NCBI RefSeq assembly: GCF_001194135.2
Contig: NC_068981.1
Span: 86,590,751-86,654,750, forward strand
Reading direction: 5' to 3'
Source: Octopus bimaculoides
Lineage: Eukaryota
Length of the DNA: 64,000 nt
Made by a program: the position numbers and the translations under genes. The notes beneath the pieces are model-generated. The model was given only the letters and a program-made list of their open reading frames with translations, was not told where the DNA came from and did not search any database. Below are positions 24,605-36,216 of the stretch, piece after piece; positions within the stretch are counted from its first letter, which is position 1; each line of letters opens with the position of its first letter.

Positions 24605-24794
24605 ATCTCTTTGATTCTTTAGATGTGCTGGCCTCCTGATAATTATTCGATATTAATTAATATATGACTAATTACCAGATTTTATAATAATATTTTACCC
24701 ATTACTCATGTTCTCATACTGAATATATAAGACACAGTAAATATTTTCTGCGGATATATTTCTGGAATTAGCGCGCCAAAATGAAGACTTTTGA
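24471..24794. repeat. 134-bp inverted repeat (24471-24604 / 24661-24794), 3 mismatches, 56-bp spacer
   Basis: Direct reverse-complement comparison. The spacer itself is the reverse complement of 24052-24107. Confidence 0.9.
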
Positions 24795-24990
24795 GCATCT
24801 CTGCAGTGATTCCTGATGGGCCGGGGGCTTTCCCGGTCTTCATACTCTTAATTGCTTTATCTACCCTGGTACTATCAACTCGGATAGCTGGTCCCTCTAT
24901 TGGGTCGACATACGGCAGGCTCTCTTTCTCCCATTCATTCTCTTTATTAAGCAATCTATCGTAGTGGCATCTCCAGACCTCTTTCTTCTA
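24789..24990 (-). mobile_element. Inverted 5' segment of an RTE LINE insertion
   Basis: EVWRCHYDRLLNKENEWEKESLPYVDPIEGPAIRVDSTRVDKAIKSMKTGKAPGPSGITAEMLK on the minus strand. Confidence 0.85.
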
Positions 24991-24999
24991 TCCCAAGTC

Positions 25000-26018
25000 A
25001 AAGGGACTCTCACTCAGAGTAAAAGGCAGACTGTATGACGCATGCGTACGAACAACCATGCTACATGGCAGTGAAACATGGGCTGTAACTGCTGAGGACA
25101 TACGTAAGCTCGCAAGGAATGAAGCCAGTATGCTCCGTTGGATGTGTAATGTCAATGTGAATACCCGTCAGAGTGTAAGTATCTTGAGAGAAAAGCTGAA
25201 CATTAGAAGCATCAGTTGTGGCGTGCAAGAGAGACGATTGCGCTGGTATGGACATGTGGTGNNNNNNNNNNNNNNNNNNNNNNNNNNNNNNNNNNNNNNN
25301 NNNNNNNNNNNNNNNNNNNNNNNNNNNNNNNNNNNNNNNNNNNNNNNNNNNNNNNNNNNNNNNNNNNNNNNNNNNNNNNNNNNNNNNNNNNNNNNNNNNN
25401 NNNNNNNNNNNNNNNNNNNNNNNNNNNNNNNNNNNNNNNNNNNNNNNNNNNNNNNNNNNNNNNNNNNNNNNNNNNNNNNNNNNNNNNNNNNNNNNNNNNN
25501 NNNNNNNNNNNNNNNNNNNNNNNNNNNNNNNNNNNNNNNNNNNNNNNNNNNNNNNNNNNNNNNNNNNNNNNNNNNNNNNNNNNNNNNNNNNNNNNNNNNN
25601 NNNNNNNNNNNNNNNNNNNNNNNNNNNNNNNNNNNNNNNNNNNNNNNNNNNNNNNNNNNNNNNNNNNNNNNNNNNNNNNNNNNNNNNNNNNNNNNNNNNN
25701 NNNNNNNNNNNNNNNNNNNNNNNNNNNNNNNNNNNNNNNNNNNNNNNNNNNNNNNNNNNNNNNNNNNNNNNNNNNNNNNNNNNNNNNNNNNNNNNNNNNN
25801 NNNNNNNNNNNNNNNNNNNNNNNNNNTCGAGCGTGGCCGTTTTCGTGCGGGTGACACGTAAAAGCACCCACTACACTCTCTGAGTGGTTGGCGTTAGGAA
25901 GGGCATCCAGCTGTAGAAACTCTGCCAAATCAGACTGGAGCCTGGTGTTGCCATCCGGTTTCACCAGTCCTCAGTCAAATCGTCCAACCCATGCTAGCAT
26001 GGAAAGCGGACGTTAAAC

Positions 26019-26048
<30 letters not shown>
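25000..26048 (+). mobile_element. Young RTE LINE 3' segment (ORF2 C-terminus, gap, 3' UTR, (ATG)n tail)
   Basis: KGLSLRVKGRLYDACVRTTMLHGSETWAVTAEDIRKLARNEASMLRWMC..LRWYGHV. The tail retains CpGs and differs at about 2 of 125 positions from the copy at 63381-63508. Confidence 0.9.
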
Positions 26049-26049
<1 letters not shown>

Positions 26050-26179
26050 CTCTTCTAGCCACCAACCCTTGCCTATTTTTAAAATAAGGAATCTTTTAGC
26101 CCCAAAGTCCTTGAATGCACAGTCATAATGTCAACATTATCACTGCTTCACTCAAGTGGTGACAAATGTGGAGTGTCAA

Positions 26180-26392
26180 AATATGCACAAATTTGTGTGG
26201 TGTGGGCACACACACATTTGAAAGGTTTCCTGTACTATCTGTCTCACTGAATTCCCTCATAATGCAATGGTCAACTCAAGGCTACAGGGCTACAGTAGAA
26301 GATATTTTCCCTACATTCCATATAGTGGGGCTGAACCTGAAACCAGGTGGTTGCAATGTAAACTTATTGACTACAAAGCTATGCCTGTGCTC
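26180..26392 (-). mobile_element. Degenerate family B CORE-type SINE
   Basis: ...ctacagtagaagatattttccc...agtggggctgaacctgaaaccaggtggttg...ctacaaagctatgcctgtgc is the reverse complement of the family B head and core. Confidence 0.6.
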
Positions 26393-26790
26393 CCACCTAT
26401 GTTGATGCCTCCCAGCCACGTCCGTACCACCCAGCCACGTCCGTACCACCCAGCCATGTCCATACCTCCCAGCTATGTCCGTACCTTACAGACATGCTTG
26501 TGCCTTACAACCACACCTATGCCTCCCAGCTGTATCTGTAACTCCCAGCTGTGCTTGTGACTCCAGCTGTGCCCATGTCTCACATGCTCACATCCATGCT
26601 TGGGCCTCTCACTTGTGCCCATGCTTCTCAGCCATTCATGTGTCTCCCAGTCATGCCTGTGCCTCCCAGCCATAACTGTGCCACCCAGCTAAGCTGCACC
26701 TCACTACTGCCTCCCAGCTATGCCTTTGTTTCCCCCAGTTACACCTGTGCCTCCCAGCCATGCCTGTGTCATGGAGTCATGCCCGTGCCT
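26385..26790. repeat. Degenerate minisatellite, about 19-bp unit (consensus near cctcccagccatgcctgtg), about 20 units
   Basis: Exact 19-bp tandem ccagccacgtccgtaccac x2 at 26412-26449, and cccagc recurs throughout. Confidence 0.8.
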
Positions 26791-27439
26791 ATTCCATATT
26801 TTACTTCCTTTCAAGAACATTCACTTTGAACAAGTTTTCCATGCTATACTAAATTAACATGAATTCGAGAAGTATTAATTAGAATGATTTAAATTCCATT
26901 AGGATGATTTGAATTCCAGTTTTTATTTCAGTTCAAAGAGTCAATGAATGAGGCCAACTTCAGATTCTTCTTTCAAACAATATCAAGAATATAATTTATC
27001 AATACTCTTACCATCTGTTTTGTTTTACATTCTTTTACCAATCAGAAAGCTTATTTTAGAAACAATTTCTATGAATTAAATTTTTTTTGATCACCCATTA
27101 AAAAAAAAAATTAAAAATTAAAAAGAAAGCAGGTTTTTATAAAACCCTTAAAAGTATTTCTAATTAGTAATTGAATATTTTGGCTATGAAAATTAACACT
27201 TCCAATGTAAAAATGACATGTTTATTTTAAGTAGCACATCTTATCAATTTGTTAAATACTCCATGTTGATTCAAGAGAAACATACCACTTTTGTTTATTC
27301 ATGAATTTATTTCAATTACATTAAAGTCTATCCTTAAGCATATCATTTAACTCCATATGTATGTAGGGTTTCCAATACATCATTCTAAAAATATTTGCAT
27401 CAATGTTGTACTGATTTAGATTCTGAATGAATTGTGTGT

Positions 27440-27790
27440 GTGTGTGTGTGTATTTTCTCCCTTTTACTTGTTTTGGTTATTTGAGCACCACCTTAAAGGG
27501 TTTTAGTTGAAGAAATCGACCCCAGGATTTATTCTTTGTAAGCCTAGTACTTATTCTATCAGTCTCTTTTGCTGAACTGCTAAGTTACAGGAACGTAAAC
27601 ACACCAACATCAGTTGTCAAGCGATGTTTGGGAGACAAACAGACAGTGCAGGCATGACTGTGTGGTAAAGAAGCTTGCTTCCCAACCACATGGTTCTGGG
27701 TTCTGTCCTCAGGCTGACCAAAGCCTTGTGAGTGGATTTGGTAGAAGGAAACTGAACGAAGCTTGTTGCATATATATGTGTGTGTGTATG
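27440..27790. mobile_element. Two family B SINE fragments in opposite orientation
   Basis: Reverse tail 27440-27625 (aaatcgaccccagg..tattctttgtaagcctagtacttattctatc) and forward head 27648-27790. Confidence 0.7.
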
Positions 27791-27839
27791 TTTGTCTCCA
27801 CAACATCACTATTCATAGCATATTGTCTTCTCAACTCTT

Positions 27840-28052
27840 TAATAACACTGTCAAATGTAATGCTCATTTTTCACATTGTTTTGAATTAACCATGCATTAT
27901 TTTGCTGTTTTGAGATTTTGATGATGTGATTTATCTTTAGCCTATTTTTAGAATGACATTGTGGGGTAGATTTGATAGGCTGGATCTGGCTGGTTTGAGC
28001 ATAGAACAACTAGAATATTTGGGTAGGGTGTGGCTGGTTTAAATGCTAAAGG
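27840..28052. mobile_element. piggyBac-type MITE copy
   Basis: Reverse-orientation match to 2015-2242, ending tttaaatgctaaagg. Confidence 0.6.
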
Positions 28053-28349
28053 CCAGGTATCATGCCAATTTAGAAATCCATAAAAAATATCCAAATGTGA
28101 AAACCAACATTTAGAAGACTATACATATATGTAAAAGAATTAGATTGAATAAATATGATATGTATATGAGAAAAAAGAGTAACTGTTAATTAGTTTGCTT
28201 ATTAAAACTAAAGGTAAAATAATTTGGATGTAATAATATGAATACATTCTAAAGGACAATGTAACTGAAGAAAACATGAAATAAGTCTCTCCTTTTAAAT
28301 AAGACTACAATAAATTAGTTATCAGAGTTTCTAAGGTAACAATATATTT

Positions 28350-28553
28350 CTTATGGCACAAAGCAGGCAGTTTTGGAGGAGGAGGCTAGTTGATTGCATT
28401 GACCCCTGTGCTTAACTGGTACTTATTTTATCAACCCTGAAAGGATGAAAGGCAAAGTTGACCTTTAAGGAATTTGAACTCAGAACGTAAAGACAGATGA
28501 ACTATTGCTAAGCATTTTACCCAGTGTGATAACAAATCTGCCAGCTCGCCACT
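28350..28553 (-). mobile_element. tRNA-derived SINE family C
   Basis: Head gtggcgagctggcaga, B-box gagttcaaattcc and central gcctttcatcctttcagggttgataaaataagtacc (all reverse complement). Confidence 0.75.
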
Positions 28554-29154
28554 TTATATTTCCTATATATGAATAACCAAACTATTAATGGATTAGTTTG
28601 ATGTTTGGAGAATCATTTTCAAACTTTATACTCAACATAAAAGAGAAAAGGAATATTGGTTTGATAAACTCTTAAGATATTTATTTTACAACTTGTTTCT
28701 CAAACTGTAGAAGTTAATTCATGCAAATAAAAACCAGAGTCTATGGAAACTGATGTTGGTCAGTGTTGGTAAAAAAATAATAATTTAGTAAAGTTCACAA
28801 GTTTGGAAGAATTCGTCTGTTGAGGAATGATGAGGGTATTGGCATTCAGAGGAAATCCTCCATCAGAGGAAAAAAATTTTTTAATGTCTATGGAAGCACT
28901 GAGTATATTTGTTAGAAGAATATGTCAGGTAAGAGAAAAGTATTAAGAGGAAAGTATTAGGGAGGGAAGAAATGAAAGAGGTGTTAATGGGATAGGGTAG
29001 CAAAGTGATCAAGCAAAAATGGGCAATAATGGGCAAAAATGGACAATAATGGGCAACAGAACAAAAGAAAAAAATACAGATGGGGTGACATTAAAAGACT
29101 GCAATGTATTAAAGTAGTGTATACATAAGTACACTACACACACATACACACACT

Positions 29155-29185
<31 letters not shown>

Positions 29186-29419
29186 CACTACATGACCCTG
29201 GTTACAGAGTTTGGGTCATTTCTAAAGAGAGAGTAGTAATATATGGCTAGTTCTAGGAAGGCACTAAACATCAAGTATCTTTATTTTGCACCACTAAGTT
29301 CTTATTGTAGATGACTACAATTACCCAATCGAAATCAATCAGTCAATCTCCCTCCTCTCTCTCTCCAACTATGTGTGTGTGTGAGAGAGAGAGAGAGTAT
29401 GTTTGTATGTATGTATTTA

Positions 29420-30665
29420 TAGTCTGCCGAATGCCGACCCAACAGAAGGACCAGCTATCCGAATTGACAGTATTCTGGTAGATAAAGCAATTAAGGGTAT
29501 GAAGACAGGGAAAGCCCCCGGCCCAACAGGAATCACCGCAGAGATGCTCAAAATATCTGGCGGTGTCGGTTATAGCCTAGTCACCCATATAGTTAACCAG
29601 GTGATACATGAAGGAGTCATACCAGATGACTGGTGTAACAGCACCATAGTCAACTGCTACAAAGGTAAAGGTGACGCTCGTCTGAGGACATGCATAACCT
29701 TGCAAGGAATGAAGCCAGTATGCTCCGCTGGATGTGTAATGTCAGTGTGCATACACGACAGAGTGTAAGCACCCTGAGAGAAAAGTTGGATTTAAGAAGC
29801 ATCAGATGTGGTGTGCAAGAGAGACGACTGCACTGATATGGTCATGTGTTGCAAATGGATGAGGACAGCTGCAGGAAAAAGTGTCATACCCTAGCAGTTG
29901 AGGGAACCTGTGGAAGAGGTAGACCCAGGAAAGCCTGGGATGAGGTGATGAGCACGACCTTCGAACATTGGGCCTCACTGAGGCAATGACTAGTGACCAA
30001 GACTTTTGGAGATATGCTGTGCTTGAGAAGACCCGACAAACCAAGTGAGACCATAGCCTATGGCCTAGGCCAGTGGGTGTAACCAGCCTACTTATGAATA
30101 CCTCTCATTCATTGGACAATAAACTTTGCTTCCGAAGACCTATTGAGGCAAGTAAAAACAAATCAAAATTGCTGACGTGGCCGATGACAGTACTACCTGA
30201 TTGGCACTCATGCCAGTGGAACGTTAAAAGCACATCTGAGCGTGATCATTGCTAGGGCCATGGATTGGCTCCCATGCTGGTGACACATGAAAAACACCAT
30301 TTGAGCGTGATCGTTGCCAGCATCGCCTTACTGGCACATGTGCCAGTGGTACGTGAAAAACAACATTCGAGCATGGCCATTGCCAGTGCCGTCAGACTGG
30401 CTCCTGTGCATGTAGCACGTAAAAACACCTTTGAGTGTGGTCGTTGCCAGAACCGCCAGACTGGCCCTCATGTCGGTGGCACGTAAAAGCACCCACTACA
30501 CTCTCGGAGTGGTTGGCATTAGAAAGAGCATCCAGCTGTAGAAACACTGCCAAATCAGATTAAGACTATAAATACATACATACAAACATACTCAGTCAAA
30601 CCATCCAACCCATGCCAGCATGGAAAGCAGACGTTAATGATGATGATGATGATGATGATGATGAC
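29420..30665 (+). mobile_element. RTE LINE with RT core deleted, ORF2 end, tandemly repeated 3' UTR and (ATG)n tail
   Basis: PTEGPAIRIDS..KAPGPTGITAEMLK..IPDDWCNSTIVNCYKGKGDA is joined directly to ..LARNEASMLRW-type sequence at about 29680. About 60-bp subrepeats at 30185-30490. Confidence 0.85.
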
Positions 30666-33629
30666 ATACACATACACTTACTTATACACAGAAATTTATA
30701 CAAATAAGCAGGAAAAGAAATAAGGTTAATAGAAAGGCCACTGTGTGGCTGTAAGAGATGGGAACATCAATGAGAAGAAGAGTTAAAATCAGGAAATGGG
30801 AGTATGAATTAGGAAAACTGATTGTTTATGCCTGTTTGTGAAGCCATATCAATAGTGAAGTCAGGGCTTTCTTATATTTATGTATATAAAAGGATCAGTG
30901 GTGTGTAGCAATCCCAAAATAAGAGATTGTCAAGGGAATACACTGACAAATTGAAATAGCAAACCATAGGTTTGCAAATGTCCTGAGTGTCATTATAAAT
31001 GTGAATGGTGATGCTTGCAGAAATTGTCCTTTGAACTGTGGACAAGGTGGTATGAGAAAGTTTGGTATGTTACAGGATCAAGGACAAGAAAGAATATGCG
31101 ACAGGAGAATTAATTTTAATGGAAATGTCAGCAGGAATATAAATAAGGGAATTCAGTCTTCAGACATGTGTGATTTGGCTGATATGGGTCCCACACTTAA
31201 CCAAGCCTGTTGACCTTATCATTCAGCTGCATACTCATTCTGACAATCAGACAAGTGTACAAATGATTAATGAGACTCATCTCTTTTACAAAGTACTTTG
31301 GCAGTTAGAAGTGACAATGGGGAGTTTACTGGTCTTCCTAGCTTGCCTCCTTTGCTCTGTTGCATGTTGGTCTTTGAGCAACAAGGAGCACTATTTTAAC
31401 CTGGTCCAATGGTATACTTCAAGTGGCAAGATTTATGGCAAATGGTTTTAGATATGATTTAAGCATCTCCTTATATTGCATCGTCTAATCTCTGAGACAA
31501 CTTCTTTTGTAGCTTGTTATAAAACAGTTTGTGGGGAGCTGATTGTCTGATATGAGAGCTACCTGTCTTACCCAGGCGTAGCTGGGATTATATCAGTAGT
31601 TTTTGAGTGGGTAGCATCCAATAAGTAAAGAGAGAGAACTCAAACTTTTGCTAATAGAAACCATTTCAATACACAAGTTTAAAAGAAACATTAGAAACCA
31701 CCAGTTTATATTTGAAATGCCTGGTTTAACAAAAAAGCAATACACATGCTTACCATTGTAGCAAATGGATTTTAGAAATGTCTTTTTGTTTGTTCTCAGT
31801 ATTTCCAATATACTATGAAACATTATTGTTGCTTTTTCTCAAGTTCAATGAATAGTGTCAAACTGAGAAACACTATATATCATTAGTTCCATCTAAACTG
31901 CACATTAGTGATTACACATATGAACACTAATATAGTCAGTTTAGTTCAGCTTTTACCTCTCTACAAATGAATTTCAATGACTTCTCTTAATGTTGCAAGA
32001 TATACATATCTAACAATCATTAAACAGAATATTAAAATATTCATCTTAATATTCTGTATGCACATTGCATATCAGAAAGAGTAATATATTATTTCATTTG
32101 AAAACTGATGAACAACTACCTATGTACAGTGCCATACAAAATACAATAACTGCATGCGGAAAGTTATTAAAGCATTTGGGTTGCTATTTCTAACAGGTAA
32201 AGCTAGGCTGATTCATGCCATCTTGGTTGGCATTTATCAGATGCTGTCAGAGAGCAAGGGGAAGATAAATGACATTCACTTCGTTAATTTTACATCAAGA
32301 TAATAACTTTGGGATGAATTGGCCAACAGCTGGAATTCAACTTGGACTGGAACAATAGAATGATTGCATTACAGAATTAATTCTCATCCATCCTTAACCT
32401 CTAATAAAACACCACCGGGGCATATAGTCATGTTATTTAGCTGTCTTTAGTTTGGAGCCGCAGGCTCAATTAGCCCTCTGCAGGAGCTAGCTGAAAAGTC
32501 CACAAAAGTGCAGCTTTTAAGCTAGTCTTGAATAAAGAAACATTTGACACTTCAGTGTGATAGCCGAGTCAATAGGTTAACAAACAAACTAACTGGGAAA
32601 TTGGTAGTTCATATCCTGTTACTAGTACTGTATTGCATCAGCCACCAAGTTCAGTCTACCTAATAGTAATTAGGTTGTGCAGAGTGGATACAATTCACTG
32701 CTGTAAGTAGTGAAAAATGAATGTTCTACTTGCTCACATAGTTCAGTTCAATGCTACTACTAAAAAATATCACACATGCTAGATTAGTATCTTATCCTGG
32801 TGGATATTTGTCTATCATCTGCTTAATATTATAAGGAATTAGAGATAAATATTGGCTCAATAGATCATAGATTGTTTTCTAATATCTTTAAAAGTTGTAT
32901 TACTTAAGCAGTCAAAGCACTGAATTGATAAAGCCCCACACTATCTGATAGTCTTTATTTTTGGATAAAAATCTTAGTGGGCTTAACTTTATATTTCATC
33001 TGATTGACTTTGATAAAAGATGTACCATTAATATATTGGAATTACTTCAATGGATTATCCCCTATTCCCATTTCTGCAATTAAGGGCAACAAATGTTGGC
33101 TTTGGGTTCCCCCAACAAGAAAAAATATTCTACAGCTTTCGAAGATGCATTCTAAAACAACTAGCCCTACACTACATAAAAACATCACACACACACGTCA
33201 TTCACATATATGTATCATTGTTTGTTGGGTGCTTGGGTGCACAAAACTTAAAGCTCTGTTTTGATTCTCTCCTGGAAGCTACTACACTGCCATGGAGAGT
33301 GATCAGCTGAAATACTTGGGTAGTTCCTTAAAGACTGTTTAAGTCTATCACTGGTTTGCCTATGGTAATAGGAGGTGGGATTTGAACTCAGAATGCACTG
33401 AGTGTAAACGGATACCATAAGGCATAGCCCTCAATACTCTAACATTCCACCCACCAAAACACCATTTTGGCTGGTGCTATATCTGTTTACCTTGGAAAGG
33501 TGAAAAACAAAGTTAACCTAGAGGGGATTTGGACACAAAGCCAGAACAAACACAAGATATTCTTTCTGATGCTCTAATGATTCTGCCAATTCAACACCAT
33601 ATATATATAATTTTCATTCAAGTTAGGCA

Positions 33630-34318
33630 TTAATAGGCATCAGATGTGGCGTGCAAGAGAGATGACTGTGCTGGTATGGTCATATGATGCATATGAATGA
33701 GACCAGCTGTGTAAAGAAGTGCTGATCTCTAACTGTGGAGGGAACCCGTGGTAGAGGCAGACCCAGGAAAACATGGCAAGAAGTGGTAAAGCATGATCTT
33801 CAAACTTTGAGCCTCGCAGAGGCAATGACTAGTGATTGAGACCTTTGGCGATATGCTGTGCTTGAGAAGACCCATCAAGCCAAGTGAAATTGTAGTCATG
33901 GCTGATGTTGGTGTCACGTAACTGGCACCTATGGTGGTGGCATGTAAAGAGCACCGTTCGAGCATTGGGCCTCACGGAAGCAAAGTGGCTGAGTTCCTTC
34001 CAAGTGTTGGGCCTCACAGAGGCAATGACTGAGACCTTTGGCATTTTGTCATGCTTGAGAAAAAGACCCATCAAGCTGAGCAAAATCAGTCATGGCAGAT
34101 TCCGGTGTCACGCAAATGGCACCAGTGCAGGTGGCATGTAAAAGCACCCATTATACTCTCAGAGTGGTTGCTGTTAGGAAGGGCATCCAGCTGTAGAAAA
34201 CCATGTCAAATGAGACTGGAGTCTGGTGCAGCCTTCCAGCTCACCAGCCTTGGTCAAACTGTCCAATCCATGCCAGCATGGACATCGAATGTTAAATGAT
34301 GATGATGATGATGATGAT
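33630..34318 (+). mobile_element. RTE LINE 3' end with internal partial duplication and (ATG)n tail
   Basis: ..DDCAGMVI../GTRGRGRPRKTWQEVVKHDL..SLAEAMT. The block cattgggcctcac.gaggcaa is duplicated at about 33960-34030. Confidence 0.8.
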
Positions 34319-35380
34319 TTACATCCATTTTATCATGCTAGCATGGGTTAGACAAATACATTTTAGTTGGCATTGTTTTTATGGCTGGATGTCCTTTCTG
34401 TTACTAACACTCTTTTTCAAGCAAGGGAGGTTTTGTTCCGATTATCTTTGAAAGCAGGGAACTACCAGGTAATTTGTTGACAGGAAAATGTCAACAAACT
34501 TCCTGAAGTGGCTTATACTAGGTGATGAAAGGTTGGAGTATGAAAGAAGGTACTGGAACAGGTTTCTTGTTGCAGAAGAGTGAGTTGGAGCAACCAAGGT
34601 GGAGCTGGAAAGAGAGATAAGAAAGTGGTGATGAGATGCCAGGGTATACCCTCAAGTTCAAAACTGAGTAGAAGTAACTGGGGACAGAAGAACAGGAAGT
34701 GTCAGTGAGTAGGAGTTGTCAGAGAGTGTGAGGGAAATAAGGCACGGTTAGATATGTGTTAAGGATGAGGAGATGCAATTATAATGAATGAAGAAGAAGG
34801 GTTGTATTAGTCAAAAAATGAGCAAAATCATAAAGTTTCAGAATCTTAAATCATAACTGTGATATTTTTTGTCGATTCCAAAAGCTTTATTGAATATGTT
34901 AAATATATTGGCAAGGTAAAACTTTATGCCTTAATCTAAACAATTATGGAACCATTAGAAACCAACAAGACAACTAAGTTAACTGAATCATGAAAAAGAA
35001 TTGTGCTTACAGATCTGAGTTGAAATCCTTCCAAGGTCGTTCTAATATGTAGAAGCCCAGAAGACATCAATGGAAGATCTTTAAAGGTTTTACTTTATAT
35101 GTAATATTCTTATAAAGACCGCATTCAGGTTCAGGGTCACTTGTAGAGAAAATGTGTGCTGTATTTAACTTTCTTCATTCTATGTAAGAAAGAATTAAAA
35201 TCAATAAGTGAAAAGCTATAGAAACAAATAAAATATATATGATAGATTAAAAAAATATATATATATAAAGACTCTAGAAAACTAATGTAACAAGCAAAAT
35301 ATAAGTGTTTGAAAATATACATTTTTGAAAGCATTACTATCTTCAAATTTGAAGCACTGCTTTTCAGTAAAGGCATACTT

Positions 35381-35430
<50 letters not shown>

Positions 35431-35997
35431 TGTTGTATTATGTGTATGTGAAGGAAAAGAGAGAGTGGGGGTGGAGAGATATGGTCAATATAACTTATTT
35501 CCCACTATGATTTTAGTTATTGTTTTCAGTAGTTTTTGGTTCAAAGTTTATTTAAAGCAAAGTATATTTAAGTAGTATCTGAATATACTGAAAAACTAAT
35601 AAAAAAAAAAAAAAAAGAAAGAAAAGAAAAATTAAATTGCACATTACAGCAATAATATTTAAAAAAGAAGATAAACAAAGAATGTTCTTGATAGTAAAGT
35701 ACTTACAGGAAGTTTATGTCATTTCATAAACATTCATATCTTTTAAAAAATACAGTAGCTAAGGCTAAACATTCAAATGAATAACTTCATTGACAGACAG
35801 GCCTTAGGCACAGGTTGTGAGTTGTGGAAAAACCTAATTATTTATATAGCACTTTGTAATGAATATCTTAAAGAATTAACAAATCACAATAAGTATTAAA
35901 GTATCAATGCTATAGAGTGGATAGTAAAGTATTTACTGATAAATAACTAGGATACAGATTGTTAACCCTTTCTTTTGTCTTTATCCACCAGCTAGAC

Positions 35998-36216
35998 CAG
36001 TGGTTCTCAATCAGGGTCCATATCGTCCATGGGGATCCATGTAATTTTGTTATTAAAATTTATTTGCAATAAATTTGTTATGCTTCTATAATTCACAAAA
36101 TATTTTAAACAATTTATAATATGAGTTTTAAAGCATCGAATGGTCACAAGAGTCTATCGGAGTAAAATAGGAATGAAAGAGGTCTGTAGGTAAGAAAAAA
36201 TGGTTGAGAAACACTG
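35998..36216. mobile_element. hAT (Charlie-like) MITE with 8-bp TSD
   Basis: TSD agctagac (35990-35997) / agctagat (36217-36224). TIR cagtggttctcaa ... ttgagaaacactg. Confidence 0.85.

Noticed and set aside
26267-26829. Several overlapping Pro/Ser/Cys-rich ORFs
   Set aside because: They arise from the stop-poor 19-bp minisatellite.
28835-28871. Minus-strand CTGATG-GAGG ATTT CCTC-TGAA motif
   Set aside because: It lacks A9, an intact GAAA, a cleavage triplet and a stem I partner.
30185-30490. Regularly spaced repeats here and at 26.4-26.8 kb, superficially CRISPR-like
   Set aside because: These are degenerate tandem units with no unique spacers, no cas genes and a eukaryotic context.
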